From the NCBI GenBank assembly GCA_965214835.1, contig CBDCCK010000002.1, positions 3,104,001 through 3,168,000 on the forward strand: a stretch of 64,000 nucleotides of DNA, read 5' to 3'. Within the stretch, counting starts at the first letter, position 1. Each line of letters starts with the position of its first letter. Below are positions 10,893-20,576 of the stretch, in pieces. A model generated the notes under the pieces. The model was not told the origin of the DNA, did not search any database, and saw only the letters and a program-made list of their open reading frames with translations. Origin of the DNA: Nitrosopumilaceae archaeon. Lineage in GTDB: Archaea > Thermoproteota > Nitrososphaeria > Nitrososphaerales > Nitrosopumilaceae. Position numbers and translations under genes: made by a program.

Positions 10893-11635
10893 CTCTGTCA
10901 GAAGAGCAGAAGATGGCAGATGTTGAGCGCGAAAGTCTCAAAGATCTCAGGGCCATCGTTGAAAAGGCAAATGAATGGGGGGTGCCTACAGTCGTCATAG
11001 GCGGATATGCCGTCAGGGCCTTTACCGATGCATACAGGCACACAAAAGACATCGACATGGCAATAGCAAAAGAAGGACAGGGGGATTTTATCGCGCTACT
11101 AAAAGGCCTAGGTTATGAGATACGAGATACCGAATTTGGACTAGCAGCAACAAAAAAATCTGGTTCAGACTTTATTGACGTCCACATAAGCGTGGGTAAA
11201 ATATACGATGTTTCAAGTGGACTGTCATATCCTGTAACCGGCCAATTATTTAGAGATTGTAAAGTCATGCCGGTAGGTGCTAGGTATGATGACAACAAGT
11301 CATGTAAAACCAACGCCCCCACAGTAGATCTGAACAGGCTTGTGATTCTAAAATTAATGCCAAGGGGCAGGCCGGAAAAAGACGCTGTTGATATTATATC
11401 ACTTATAATGGATCAATCTCGTAATATGGATATTCCAACGATTGTAAAGAAATGCCAGGAAGCTGGTTTGACGGATCACATGCTGACACAAATTCAAGAA
11501 TTTGCAGAAAAAATAAACAGCGGTAAGGTGTCAAAGATTTGGTCAAATATGACTGGTGTCAAGCTGACAGGCATCCAAGCAAGAAGCATTCAAAAATTGT
11601 TACGAGATCTGGACAAGGGCCTCAAGTGCAGATAG
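10889..11635 (+). CDS. Pol-beta superfamily nucleotidyltransferase (AbiEii/DUF6036-like toxin candidate)
   Basis: VVIGGYAV..RHTKDIDM, LVILKL..RPEKDAVDI; ATGA overlap with the upstream gene. Confidence 0.7.
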   Translation: MTLSEEQKMADVERESLKDLRAIVEKANEWGVPTVVIGGYAVRAFTDAYRHTKDIDMAIAKEGQGDFIALLKGLGYEIRDTEFGLAATKKSGSDFIDVHISVGKIYDVSSGLSYPVTGQLFRDCKVMPVGARYDDNKSCKTNAPTVDLNRLVILKLMPRGRPEKDAVDIISLIMDQSRNMDIPTIVKKCQEAGLTDHMLTQIQEFAEKINSGKVSKIWSNMTGVKLTGIQARSIQKLLRDLDKGLKCR

Positions 11636-11644
11636 GACACATAT

Positions 11645-12020
11645 TATAGCAACGGTCACAAGTAGTTGGGGGCTTACCGGCGATCTGTAAATATACTTGT
11701 ACATGTAAAGGCGGGCAAACGACGCCGTCCCGTAGTACCCGGGGGGGTTGTCGTCTAACTCACCTATCTGTCTCAATCTGCACGTTTTTCTGAACTTCCG
11801 TCCCTCTTGCACGCCTAGATCCGGATGACATCGTATGGTTTTCAGGAATTCTGATGAATTAGGCGACAACCCCAGTGCCCGGATATGGCATGCCGCAGCT
11901 CGCTGATCTTTCCGTACACTATCACCCTGAAAACGGCATGTCTGCCCAGGTTCCAGCATTCTTCTACAACATTGAGGTACGGCGATTCTCTTGGGATCAT
12001 CGTCGGCTTGATGTTGGGAT
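11645..12020 (-). pseudogene. IS630-family transposase C-terminal remnant and right end
   Basis: Minus strand IPRESPYLNVVEECW resembles the LPxYSPxLNPIE motif; terminus ccgttgctata matches the MITE D TIR; interrupted by MITE C. Confidence 0.65.
11744..11873. mobile_element. MITE family C (about 130 bp, IS256-like ends)
   Basis: TIR ggggttgtcgtctaa/ttaggcgacaacccc; near-perfect about 9-bp TSD agt(a/g)cccgg. Confidence 0.8.
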
Positions 12021-12024
12021 GGCC

Positions 12025-12294
12025 CGTCAGGATGCTGTACTTTTACCATTCAACGGTACTGTTCAACGAGTGGATAATTGCCAGGGCGCTGCTCTGCGAT
12101 AGATCCGGGGTGCAGAACGTCATGACGATGCCCGGTGTTCAAGGAGGGTATGACGATCGATATCATGGAGTCCAAACCTCAAACAAGTTTTTTACCCTGC
12201 CCTGCCAACTCTATAACGGAGGGTATGACGATCGATATCATGGAGTCCAAACCTCCCCCATGACGCCGGATTTGGGATACTTTTCACTTAGCTG
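12025..12294 (+). mobile_element. ISH3-like right-end fragment, inverted homologue of 5381-5570
   Basis: Aligns with the reverse complement of 5381-5570 apart from a 75-bp insertion. Confidence 0.8.
12143..12255. repeat. Exact 38-bp direct repeat separated by a 37-bp unique insert
   Basis: ggagggtatgacgatcgatatcatggagtccaaacctc at 12143-12180 and 12218-12255. Confidence 0.95.
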
Positions 12295-12419
12295 GGGCCG
12301 TCCAGGCAGATGCGCTCAAAAATAGAGCAGGGCAGAAGCGGGCAAGAGGAGCTACTCATTGTGCACAGCTGCAAGAAAGGCAGCGAATCCATTCACGCCT
12401 AGCTTGGCCAAAGGCAGGA

Positions 12420-12493
12420 TGGGATTGGCAGGATTTGAACCTGCGACCCCTGGTACCCAAAACCAGGATCATGCCAAGCTAGACCACAATCCC
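12420..12493 (-). tRNA. tRNA-Pro(TGG), intronless
   Basis: Reverse complement gggattgtggtctagcttggcatgatcctggtttTGGgtaccaggggtcgcaggttcaaatcctgccaatccca folds as a cloverleaf with a canonical T-loop. Confidence 0.95.
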
Positions 12494-12793
12494 CAGATTA
12501 CACAGAATCATGGGCCCCAATTTAAGCCTGACACAGTGGTTGCAGGTGCACACTCCCAATCCCGCCTCGCCGTACCTCCATGGCCCTGCACGCAGAACCC
12601 TGCATGGCAGAACCACGTGAAACAGCGACCGCGGTGAGTAGCAAGCACACCTTCAGATGCTGCGACGCGCAAGGCCACGTCTCCCCAGTGGCCATGCAAG
12701 GTCACAGCTACATGCGAGCTCATGCCTAGCTGGCCGAGGATGGGTGCCCGTACACCGGCAGATGATGATTTTAAATAGCAACGCAGCTGAGGC

Positions 12794-13693
12794 GTGTCGT
12801 TGGAAGTAGACGACTATGTCAAGGCAGGAAGGATTGCCGGCCAGGTAAGGGAGGCTGCCAGAGGCAGAAACTGGGTCGGAAAAACGGTTTATGAAATCTG
12901 CCAGGAGATCGAGGGCCAGATTAAAGGCATGGGGGCAAGGTGCGCATTCCCGGTAAACACAAGCATCAACGAGGTTGCAGCGCACTATACTGCAGAGCCA
13001 AACGATGAGCTGACGATACGCGAGGATGATCTGGTCAAGATTGATCTGGGCGCACAGGTCAACGGCTGGATTGCAGATACGGCAGTTACCGTAAACTATG
13101 ATCCCCGGTATGACGGCCTAGTCCGGGCGGCAGAGGAGGCATTGAGCAGTGCGATGGCGCAGGTCAGGGAGGGTGTAAAGGCAAGCGACATCGGAAGGAC
13201 GATAGAGAAGACGATCAAGCAGTTGGGATACACGCCAATAGTGAACCTGAGCGGGCACTCGCTTGGGCAGTACACCATCCATGCAGGCAAGTCCATACCA
13301 AACATCTGGTCAATAGGATCGTTCTCACTGTCTGGCAGGTCGGCATATGCGTGCGAGCCCTTTGTTACGACCAGCCAGGGACTGGGATTTGTCAAGGAGG
13401 GGAAGACAAGGAATATCTTCGCCCTGGTCTCAAGGAAGAGGACAAAGAACGAGGAGGCCGACAGGCTGTTGGAGTTTATCTGGGATAACTTCAACATGCT
13501 GCCATTTGCACTGAGGTGGATAGTCGAGGAATACGAGGAGGGAAAGGCAAGGGAGCTCCTCGAGGTTCTGGTTAGGAAAAAGGCAGTCCAGGCGTATCCG
13601 GTGCTAGTCGAGGGCAACGGCCAAAGGGTGGCACAGGCAGAGCACACCTTCATTCCAAACGAGGCGGGTGCCCTGGTTACAACGGCGGCATGA
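12794..13693 (+). CDS. map: Type II methionine aminopeptidase
   Basis: AFPVNTSINEVAAHYT, KIDLG, ADTA, NLSGH, CEPF, AQAEHT. Confidence 0.95.
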   Translation: MSLEVDDYVKAGRIAGQVREAARGRNWVGKTVYEICQEIEGQIKGMGARCAFPVNTSINEVAAHYTAEPNDELTIREDDLVKIDLGAQVNGWIADTAVTVNYDPRYDGLVRAAEEALSSAMAQVREGVKASDIGRTIEKTIKQLGYTPIVNLSGHSLGQYTIHAGKSIPNIWSIGSFSLSGRSAYACEPFVTTSQGLGFVKEGKTRNIFALVSRKRTKNEEADRLLEFIWDNFNMLPFALRWIVEEYEEGKARELLEVLVRKKAVQAYPVLVEGNGQRVAQAEHTFIPNEAGALVTTAA

Positions 13694-13873
13694 CTATTGC
13701 CTGACGATCTCGCCGTAGATCCTTTCTATGTAAAAGTCGCCGCCGCAGCTGCACGGGCCTGCCCTCGCAAAGACGGTGTCTCCCCGCCGGTATTTCCTTT
13801 TGGTTGATTTTTCACAAGAGTCGCATCCTTCAACGGCATACGCTACGGTGATCTCTTTTTTAGAAAATATCAT
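13694..13873 (-). CDS. Small zinc-ribbon protein (59 aa, below the ORF-track cutoff)
   Basis: MIFSKKEITVAYAVEGCDSCEK..GDTVFARAGPCSCGG..IERIYGE; overlaps the stop of the upstream gene. Confidence 0.7.
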   Translation of the reverse strand: MIFSKKEITVAYAVEGCDSCEKSTKRKYRRGDTVFARAGPCSCGGDFYIERIYGEIVRQ

Positions 13874-14991
13874 TGTGGTACGCCCATCGTATTGCCCACG
13901 CCGATTATGAGTACCGTGTTTGCAGGCTCGGTGTTGTTTTTGATCAGATCATAGACGCGTCCCCTAGCCTCATCGGCCTTCTCGGCAATGTCACGGGTCA
14001 TCAGGGTTATGGCCTCCTTTATGGACTGCTTTACAATCACAGCAAATATTGGAATGCCGCATCTTGCTGCGACCTCCTCGATTTGAAACCTCTCGGTTCC
14101 AACTCCCCCTATTGCCGCCCCAAATCCTTGTGCTATTCCCGCAGAGTCCTCGCCCTCAAACTTTAGTGCGGCATCGACCATGATTATCGCATCAAGCTTT
14201 GTCTCCTTTGCAATTGACTCTAGCGCGTCCGCGGGCCTGCCAACGGTCGACGACGGCCCCTCTGCCTTTAACAGAATCAGCCTTCTGCCTTCATACTCGG
14301 TGCTACTTGAGACGGTTTGGAATGCAATCTCCTTTTTTATAGTATTTAACATCATTTTTCCAACGACCATCGGGCCTATGCCATCCCCAATTGGCTGGCT
14401 CTGCCTAAAAGCAGGGACGGCCTCCTTTAATGCCGTAGCCTCCTCCATTATAAAAGGAAGCATCATCTGCAGCGGCAGGATTAGCGGGTAGTTGTTTTGC
14501 TTTTTTGCAGTAAGGAATAGGTGGTTGACTATCTTGTACAGCAGCTGCAGGGAGGTTGCGATTTCCAGCAGGGTCTGGATTTTGTTTAGTTCGGCATCCG
14601 GGATGTCTGGCATGATTGACTTGATGTTGCCCCGGGTATAGTCCTCCCTGGAGTGGATTGTATGCCTGATTTTTGGGATTATCCCATTTGGATCCAGGTC
14701 AACGGGTGGAATTGTAAAGTACTCCAGAAACTGGTCGATTCTGGCAGAGGGCTCCAGTTTTGGATTGCAGTTTTTCTTCACATAGTCAATCAGCTCGGCC
14801 CTAGTCTCGGCCCGGTACGAGTCAAGCATCCTTATGCTTTTTTTGATCTGGCCGGAGGTAATCTGCAGCTGAATGCGCTGCCCGTAAAAAATGAAGATGA
14901 CCACCGGCAGGATCCAGATAAGCATCATGAAGAGGCTGGTGTCGTCATTGAACCCAAAAAACTCCCCAGCGTCAAAGTCCGTAAAGTTCAC
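13870..14991 (-). CDS. DUF1512-family membrane protein
   Basis: FTIPPVDLDPNGI, PIGDGIGPMV, MVDAALKFEGE, IGVGNTMGV. Confidence 0.85.
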   Translation of the reverse strand: MNFTDFDAGEFFGFNDDTSLFMMLIWILPVVIFIFYGQRIQLQITSGQIKKSIRMLDSYRAETRAELIDYVKKNCNPKLEPSARIDQFLEYFTIPPVDLDPNGIIPKIRHTIHSREDYTRGNIKSIMPDIPDAELNKIQTLLEIATSLQLLYKIVNHLFLTAKKQNNYPLILPLQMMLPFIMEEATALKEAVPAFRQSQPIGDGIGPMVVGKMMLNTIKKEIAFQTVSSSTEYEGRRLILLKAEGPSSTVGRPADALESIAKETKLDAIIMVDAALKFEGEDSAGIAQGFGAAIGGVGTERFQIEEVAARCGIPIFAVIVKQSIKEAITLMTRDIAEKADEARGRVYDLIKNNTEPANTVLIIGVGNTMGVPQ

Positions 14992-15131
14992 TAATTACGG
15001 CGATCAGATATTGCAAATTAAATCATTCGCTATGCGGTCAGAGGGTGGCCTCAGGCACAAAAGGCGCCGTGCCCATTCCAGGCAATTAGCGAGTGCTTTT
15101 ATTATAGTTAATATACGAAAAATCGGAAAAC

Positions 15132-15692
15132 ATGCCACAAACAAAACCCATAGTCAGCGTTGAAAACGTAGTAGCCTCTGCCTCGGTGGACCAAAAGATG
15201 GATTTGAACGAGATTACACGTACCTTTCCAGACGTGGAATATCACCCGGATCAGTTTCCCGGGCTGGTCTTTAGACTGAAGAGTCCAAAGACTGCGACAC
15301 TGATTTTCACATCAGGCAAGATGGTATGCACTGGTTCAAAGTCAGAGGAGATGGCAAGAAAGGCCGTAAAGACGGTTGTTCAAAAGCTTAGAAAGGGCGG
15401 CATCAAGGTCAAAAAGGACGCGGTCGTGGAGATCCAGAACATAGTTGCATCGATCAACCTGGGCGGAAAGATCCACCTAGAGCAGGCTGCCAGGACGCTC
15501 CCAAGAAGCATGTACGAGCCCGAGCAGTTTCCGGGCCTGATTCACAGAATGCTTGACCCAAAGACGGTAATCCTGCTGTTCTCCTCGGGAAAGCTAGTCT
15601 GCACCGGGGCCAAAAAAGAGCCCGACGTTTACAGATCCGTCAACAACCTGCATGCCCTTTTAGAAGAGAAGGATCTCATGATCTATGATTGA
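15132..15692 (+). CDS. tbp: TATA-box binding protein
   Basis: Two TBP repeats: ENVVAS..FPGLVFRL..LIFTSGKMVCTG and NIVAS..YEPEQFPGL..SSGKLVCTG. Confidence 0.98.
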   Translation: MPQTKPIVSVENVVASASVDQKMDLNEITRTFPDVEYHPDQFPGLVFRLKSPKTATLIFTSGKMVCTGSKSEEMARKAVKTVVQKLRKGGIKVKKDAVVEIQNIVASINLGGKIHLEQAARTLPRSMYEPEQFPGLIHRMLDPKTVILLFSSGKLVCTGAKKEPDVYRSVNNLHALLEEKDLMIYD

Positions 15693-15729
15693 CTCATAGG
15701 CCACCTTTCACCTGTTTTTGTTGATCCCA

Positions 15730-16440
15730 GTGGATCGCACAGGCATCATGGAGACAAGATGATTATACTGCAGGATAGTCCAGCCATCAAGGCAAAAGCA
15801 GTCGGGAGTTCAGGGCTTCCGAGCTTGCGCTGATCAGCTCACTGCCGGACAGTGGTGAGGCTAGGCCTCACAGCACATAGGAGCTAGACGTGCAGGCCTC
15901 ATCAAGGACTATAGCTTCAGACAGGCCGTGGGTAAACCAAAGGCAGTGCCTGATCTCGGTACCGCATAACAAGCACGGGCTGCCAGTCGGTGAAAAAAGC
16001 ATGGTCGTTGTCTTTTCTGGCAAGAGCCGGCCCCGGGAGCCGGACACGCTGATGATGCCTACCATATGGTTTGTGACTATGCGCAAAATCTGCATGGCTG
16101 CAAGGACGGTTTCGGTGGAAGGATGCACGGCACGGATGCGGCGCGGGGGTGTTCGGAACAGTGGCAAGCCAGAGTGTGCTTTGATCTGCAAAACAGCATG
16201 ATGCCCCACCGGCATCAGGAGTGAGCATCATCACGTGGCTTGACGGCCTTATTCCAGGCAAGGCATGGGGCGGTGATATGGACGGCATTGGCCTGCTCGG
16301 GAAGATTGTAGGCCTGCCCGGCAGTACAGCACTGCCAGCTGCACGGTTCAAAAAATCGCGGAGATCATCAAGGCAGACATTTGCACGGTGGAGCTTGCGG
16401 CGGGCCGCCGAGTCCCCGGCAGAGCTCAAGGAGAATCCCG
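15730..16440 (-). pseudogene. Highly degenerate transposase-like remnant
   Basis: Only weak motif echoes (HAFFT, CGTEIRHC similar to WGIETGYRC); no coherent ORF. Confidence 0.3.
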
Positions 16441-16452
16441 GCACCAGATATC

Positions 16453-16791
16453 CTATCTTATCCTTGTCCCGGCAGGAACGTCCCCATGCACGGTCAGCCA
16501 AAACGGTCTGTCGTCGACATCAGCTGCTAGCAGCATCGCATCGGACTCGACTCCGGCCACCCTTTTGGGCTCTAGGTTTGCAACTGCGATGACCGTCCTG
16601 CCCACAAGATCCTCGGGCTCAAAGAACTGGGCCCCGCCAATTATGACGGTTCTCTCCTCGCCCCCAAGATCGATTGTTCCCCTGACTATCCTAGTCTTGT
16701 CCGGGATGGGCTCTGCAGATTTTATTTTTGCCACGCGAAGATCCAGCCTGGCAAAGTCATCATATGTTATGGCAGGCATGTCATGCGTCAA
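16453..16791 (-). CDS. tRNA-binding OB-fold protein (CsaA/Trbp111-like)
   Basis: ITYDDFARLDLRVAKI, VANLEPKRVAGVESDAMLLAA. Confidence 0.9.
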   Translation of the reverse strand: MTHDMPAITYDDFARLDLRVAKIKSAEPIPDKTRIVRGTIDLGGEERTVIIGGAQFFEPEDLVGRTVIAVANLEPKRVAGVESDAMLLAADVDDRPFWLTVHGDVPAGTRIR

Positions 16792-16818
16792 TATCCTCCC
16801 GTTAAAATGAATTTCGGC

Positions 16819-17016
16819 TCATTCCAGCTCGGGCCTGGTGGCGCCCGAGGTCTCAATTTCGTATCGTAGTGCGGCAGGCAGATCCTCATATTTTTTATTG
16901 GCAAGAACCGCAATTTGATCCACGGGCACGCCTGCCTTCCTTAGTAGCATGCCCCGCTGATGGGCATAGGCGTTCTTCCAAAAGTTCGAGGCATCAAAGG
17001 TCTGAATTTTTGGCAT
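16819..17016 (-). CDS. Small conserved hypothetical protein
   Basis: MPKIQTFDASNFWKNAYAHQRG..; AT-rich promoter shared with the divergent gene. Confidence 0.6.
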   Translation of the reverse strand: MPKIQTFDASNFWKNAYAHQRGMLLRKAGVPVDQIAVLANKKYEDLPAALRYEIETSGATRPELE

Positions 17017-17083
17017 GTATTTTGAGGGCCTCATGCAGTCATGACGCAAATACAATATATTTAGTGTGTGAGGAAGCCCAGTC

Positions 17084-17500
17084 ATGGCCCGAATCGAGGT
17101 CTCAATGGACATCAACGCGCCTCTAGACAGAGTGTGGGGGATAGTATCGGACATAGACAACGAGCCGGAGTTCTGGAAGGGTACCAAGGAGATCAGGAAC
17201 ATATCAAGGCAGGACGGAAAGATAACTCGGGAGATCACTATTGCGTTTAGGGATCAAAAATGCATGCAGGAGGTCACCATAGAGCCCAAAAGCAGAGTTC
17301 ATGCGGTTTTTACAAAAGGCATCATTGACGGAACCAAGACGGTGACCGTGAGGCCGGAGGGGGAAAAGATCAGGCTGGAGGTAGTATGGGATATAAAGCT
17401 TGCAGGGATGATGGGGATGTTTACGGGAATGATAAAAAAGCACATCAGGGGCGGTACGGAGCAGGCCGTCGACGGCATCAGAAGGGAAGCAGAGAGTTAG
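17084..17500 (+). CDS. SRPBCC/polyketide cyclase-dehydrase family protein
   Basis: IEVSMDINAPLDRVWGIVSDIDNEPEFW. Confidence 0.88.
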   Translation: MARIEVSMDINAPLDRVWGIVSDIDNEPEFWKGTKEIRNISRQDGKITREITIAFRDQKCMQEVTIEPKSRVHAVFTKGIIDGTKTVTVRPEGEKIRLEVVWDIKLAGMMGMFTGMIKKHIRGGTEQAVDGIRREAES

Positions 17501-17503
17501 CCC

Positions 17504-18712
17504 ATGTCGCTACTGGTAGAGGCAGTCAACTATTCCCTGGCCGCAATACTGATGGGCATAGTCGGGGCATGGCTTGTTCTTTTAAGATCTATGCTGGCGT
17601 CTTTCAGGTACACGCCATACCTGGACGGATTTCAAAAAACCAGCCACGGCGCTCCAATGGTGTCAGTAATCCTGCCTGCAAGAAACGAGGAGGGGTTTAT
17701 CGCAAAATGTCTTGGATCCCTAGTCGAGCAGGATTATGAGAACTATGAAGTCATAGCAGTTGATGACTCCTCAGAGGACGATACAGGGGACATCATCAGG
17801 GAATATGCCCGGAAAGACAGCAGGGTCGTACACGTAAGGGCAGGGCAAAAACCGGACGGATGGATGGGCAAGAACTGGGCATGCATCGAGGGCTACAAGA
17901 GGGCCGCCGGGGAGCTGCTGCTGTTTACAGACTCGGACACAAGGCACGAGCCAAACGTTGTTTCGCTGGCAGTAGGGCACCTGCTGTCCTCAAAGCTAGA
18001 CGCGCTGACTGCAATGCCAAAAATGCTGTCGCTGGATTTCTGGACGGGGATTACCCTGCCGGTGATCTCCGTGTTTTTGCATACGAGGTTTTCGGCATTA
18101 AGGGTAAATGATCCTGCAAAAAACACGGGGTATTTTTTTGGCAGTTTTTTCATCATAAGGAGGGAGGTATATGAGGGGGTCGGAACCCACGAGGGCGTAA
18201 GGCAGGAGATCATCGAGGACGGGGCGCTGGGAAGAAAGGTCAAAGAGGCAGGCCATAAAATGAAAATGGTAAGGGGGGACCACCTGATCGACGCCGTCTG
18301 GGCAAGAGACGGGCCGACGCTTTGGAATGCCTTGAAAAGACTGATGATTCCGCTGTATCTGCAAAGCAGCACGGTTGCAGTGGGGGCGTTCCTTGCAGTC
18401 CTGTTTTTGCTCTTTATGCCGTTCCCACTGCTAGGCTATGCAGTATTGGGGTTTGACGGAGGGGCCTCATCTAGCCTGCTACTGCTGTTCTCGTCGCTTG
18501 CATCACTGGTCATTTATGCCGGGGCAGTCATCGAGTCAGCCAGGGGACTCTGCGCAAGGCTGGAATACGCCATGATGTGCCCGCTGGGGGGCCTAGTGGT
18601 AGTCTCGGGCTTTATGTCAGGACTGGTTCGTGCCAAAAGCGATGCAGCAGTTTCATGGAGGGGCAGGATATACTCCATGAAGGATCATGCCCAAAGCGCA
18701 ATCAGTGTATAA
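17504..18712 (+). CDS. Membrane-bound family 2 glycosyltransferase
   Basis: VSVILPARNEE, VDDSSED, GWMGKNWAC, FTDSD, IEDGALG; transmembrane helices. Confidence 0.92.
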   Translation: MSLLVEAVNYSLAAILMGIVGAWLVLLRSMLASFRYTPYLDGFQKTSHGAPMVSVILPARNEEGFIAKCLGSLVEQDYENYEVIAVDDSSEDDTGDIIREYARKDSRVVHVRAGQKPDGWMGKNWACIEGYKRAAGELLLFTDSDTRHEPNVVSLAVGHLLSSKLDALTAMPKMLSLDFWTGITLPVISVFLHTRFSALRVNDPAKNTGYFFGSFFIIRREVYEGVGTHEGVRQEIIEDGALGRKVKEAGHKMKMVRGDHLIDAVWARDGPTLWNALKRLMIPLYLQSSTVAVGAFLAVLFLLFMPFPLLGYAVLGFDGGASSSLLLLFSSLASLVIYAGAVIESARGLCARLEYAMMCPLGGLVVVSGFMSGLVRAKSDAAVSWRGRIYSMKDHAQSAISV

Positions 18713-19368
18713 CCACGACGCTGTCCAGTCATCCCCAGGAACTCCCACAGCCCCAAGCAATTCAGGCTGGGCTGACTGCAGATCCGCATAGTCGCCACGA
18801 GTTGGAGCTCATCAGAGAAGCGATTCGCAATTGGCAGGTTTTGACCCAATTGGGCACAAATCTGTACCTGACGGATCAAGATACGGGCAGAACCGGGTAC
18901 CAAACCATGAAGTTGATCAAGCTGACAAAGCCCACGGGCCGTCCGTATCGCCCTATGAATCGTGATCTTGGAAAAAACCCCGCCATCTGGAGACGCTTAT
19001 CCCCTGTAGGTCGGTTCTGTCAGCTCTGATATGAACTCGTCAAGCAAGCCGATCCTTGCGATTCTGCCAAAGTTGTTTCCGCCATCCGATTCGGGCCTGT
19101 CACTTATGCTCTCACGTCCCCTTGGATACGGTTCTATGCCATCAGGTGCACCTATCCTCTTATCTGCGCCGGTCTCCCTTACGTTCTGCAACCAGAAATT
19201 CCTGTACTCGCAAGAGTATCCCGCCATGTCAACGAGTGGCTTGAGTATGATCGGCTTGCCGGACGGGACGCGGGACAGCCCCATTGAACCAGCATCGCAG
19301 GATCCTTGTCCGTGCATGCGTTCCTGCTCACCCCCAGCCTAAAGATCGGCATTCCCTCCTTGGCCAGT

Positions 19369-19535
19369 AGACCTTATGCGTAATCGGCACAAATCAAAAA
19401 AACCATGCAGTTTTTGCGTCATTTTTGGCAAGTCCGCAAAGGCCCAATGCACGTGCACGGCCACAGCTCCTTGCCGGCCAAGCAAAAATCACAGCAACAT
19501 GCGAGTTCATGTCTGATTGACTAAGGGGGTGACTT
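19369..19535. mobile_element. MITE A-type end followed by a degenerate MITE B-like segment
   Basis: tagaccttatgcgtaatcgg at the start; aaaatcacagcaacatgcgagttcatgtctgattgactaagggggtgac resembles family B. Confidence 0.55.
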
Positions 19536-19565
19536 TACGCTGCCATGTAAGGGTCTGCTTGCAAG

Positions 19566-19799
19566 CTAAGTGAAATGTAAGTGGGCTGCTGTTTTTGTCT
19601 TGCTAGAGGCGTCATGCCTCTTGCCAAGTTTCTGTTTTTGCTCGATTTTTTGGTACACTTCACTTAATCTGCCTCCGGAAGATATGGCGTTGGGGGCACG
19701 GTGATCAAGGCCCCTGCAGGCAGTGTAGCCTAGGGGGCAAACTCTTACCGCCGTCACGTCCCTGTTCACCTTGGACTCGTCAAAATCGGCTGCGGCCAC
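19566..19799 (-). pseudogene. Remnant N-terminus with phage-type FDESKVNRD motif
   Basis: VAAADFDESKVNRD, then DGGK and FAP in shifted frames; same motif class as 44618-44760. Confidence 0.5.
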
Positions 19800-19811
19800 G
19801 TCTCCGCCCTC

Positions 19812-19997
19812 CTAGGAATCATACCTGCCATCGGCCTTCTCGTACATGGATAACGGCTTCATGCCCCATTGTCCCGGCGCCTTGTCTATTATCTCACGCA
19901 ACTCATCCAGCTGGGGAGTGCCCTCGATATCGAGCCATCCACGGATATGGTTGAAGCACCGGGTCTTGTCGCCCCCATGCCTGACAAGCTCCACCAA
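19812..19997 (-). pseudogene. 5'-truncated paralogue of the 45776..46015 putative immunity protein
   Basis: GGDKTRCFNHIRGWLDIEGTPQLDELREIIDKAPGQWGMK versus GGNKTEVFDHLRGWLDIENTPQLDELYKIIDEAPGQWNMK. Confidence 0.85.
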
Positions 19998-20157
19998 GGT
20001 TCTGTGCAATCTTCGACACCTGAAATAGGGGCTGTCGCCTAATTCCACCTACCTGACTCAACCTGCGCGTTTTTCTGAATTTCCGCCATTTTTGCACGCC
20101 TGATCCACATAGCGTCTCAGCGGTTTTCGGGAATTCTGGCGAATTAGGCGAGACATC
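19998..20157. mobile_element. MITE family C with ggttctgtgcaatc 5' extension
   Basis: Closely similar to 46092-46251. Confidence 0.8.
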
Positions 20158-20576
20158 TATGTTAAAAGCATCCGTCGTAGAAACGACGATGTTCCTAGCT
20201 TCTTCTGATCCATGCCTAGCTGATCATGTCCCACTTTGTAGCTAACGCTGGTTTACATGATGCAGCCGCGCTTGCCTTGTCCGTGCGGTTGTGCCATATC
20301 CTCCCAGATAATAGGTGGGTGGCGGGGCAAGAGGTGAGTCACCGCCGACGGTTTCTTTCCTCCTAGTCTTGATGAACCAGAAGCTGTAGTCATTCACTAG
20401 TGCGAAGCACAGGAACGCCGCAGCTCGGATCCCCATTCGGCTACGAGTGCGCGAAGCACATGCATAATGAGGGGTTGATCCATCACCCTGGCTACGGCGA
20501 GGGCATTTTTATCATGTGTTCAACAAACTATATTTTTGAGAACATCTTTAAAGCACACATGTTCGTACAAAGGGTG

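Larger units (their letters stand above)
5381..12294. mobile_element. Putative composite transposon bounded by inverted ISH3-like right ends
   Basis: Terminal IRs cagctaagtgaaaagtacccc (5381) and gggatacttttcacttagctg (ends 12294); GGGCC direct repeat at 5376-5380 and 12295-12299. Confidence 0.6.

Noticed and set aside
18720-19320. Minus-strand ORF 18997..19317 and its continuation
   Set aside because: Looks like a frameshifted relic but no family could be recognised.
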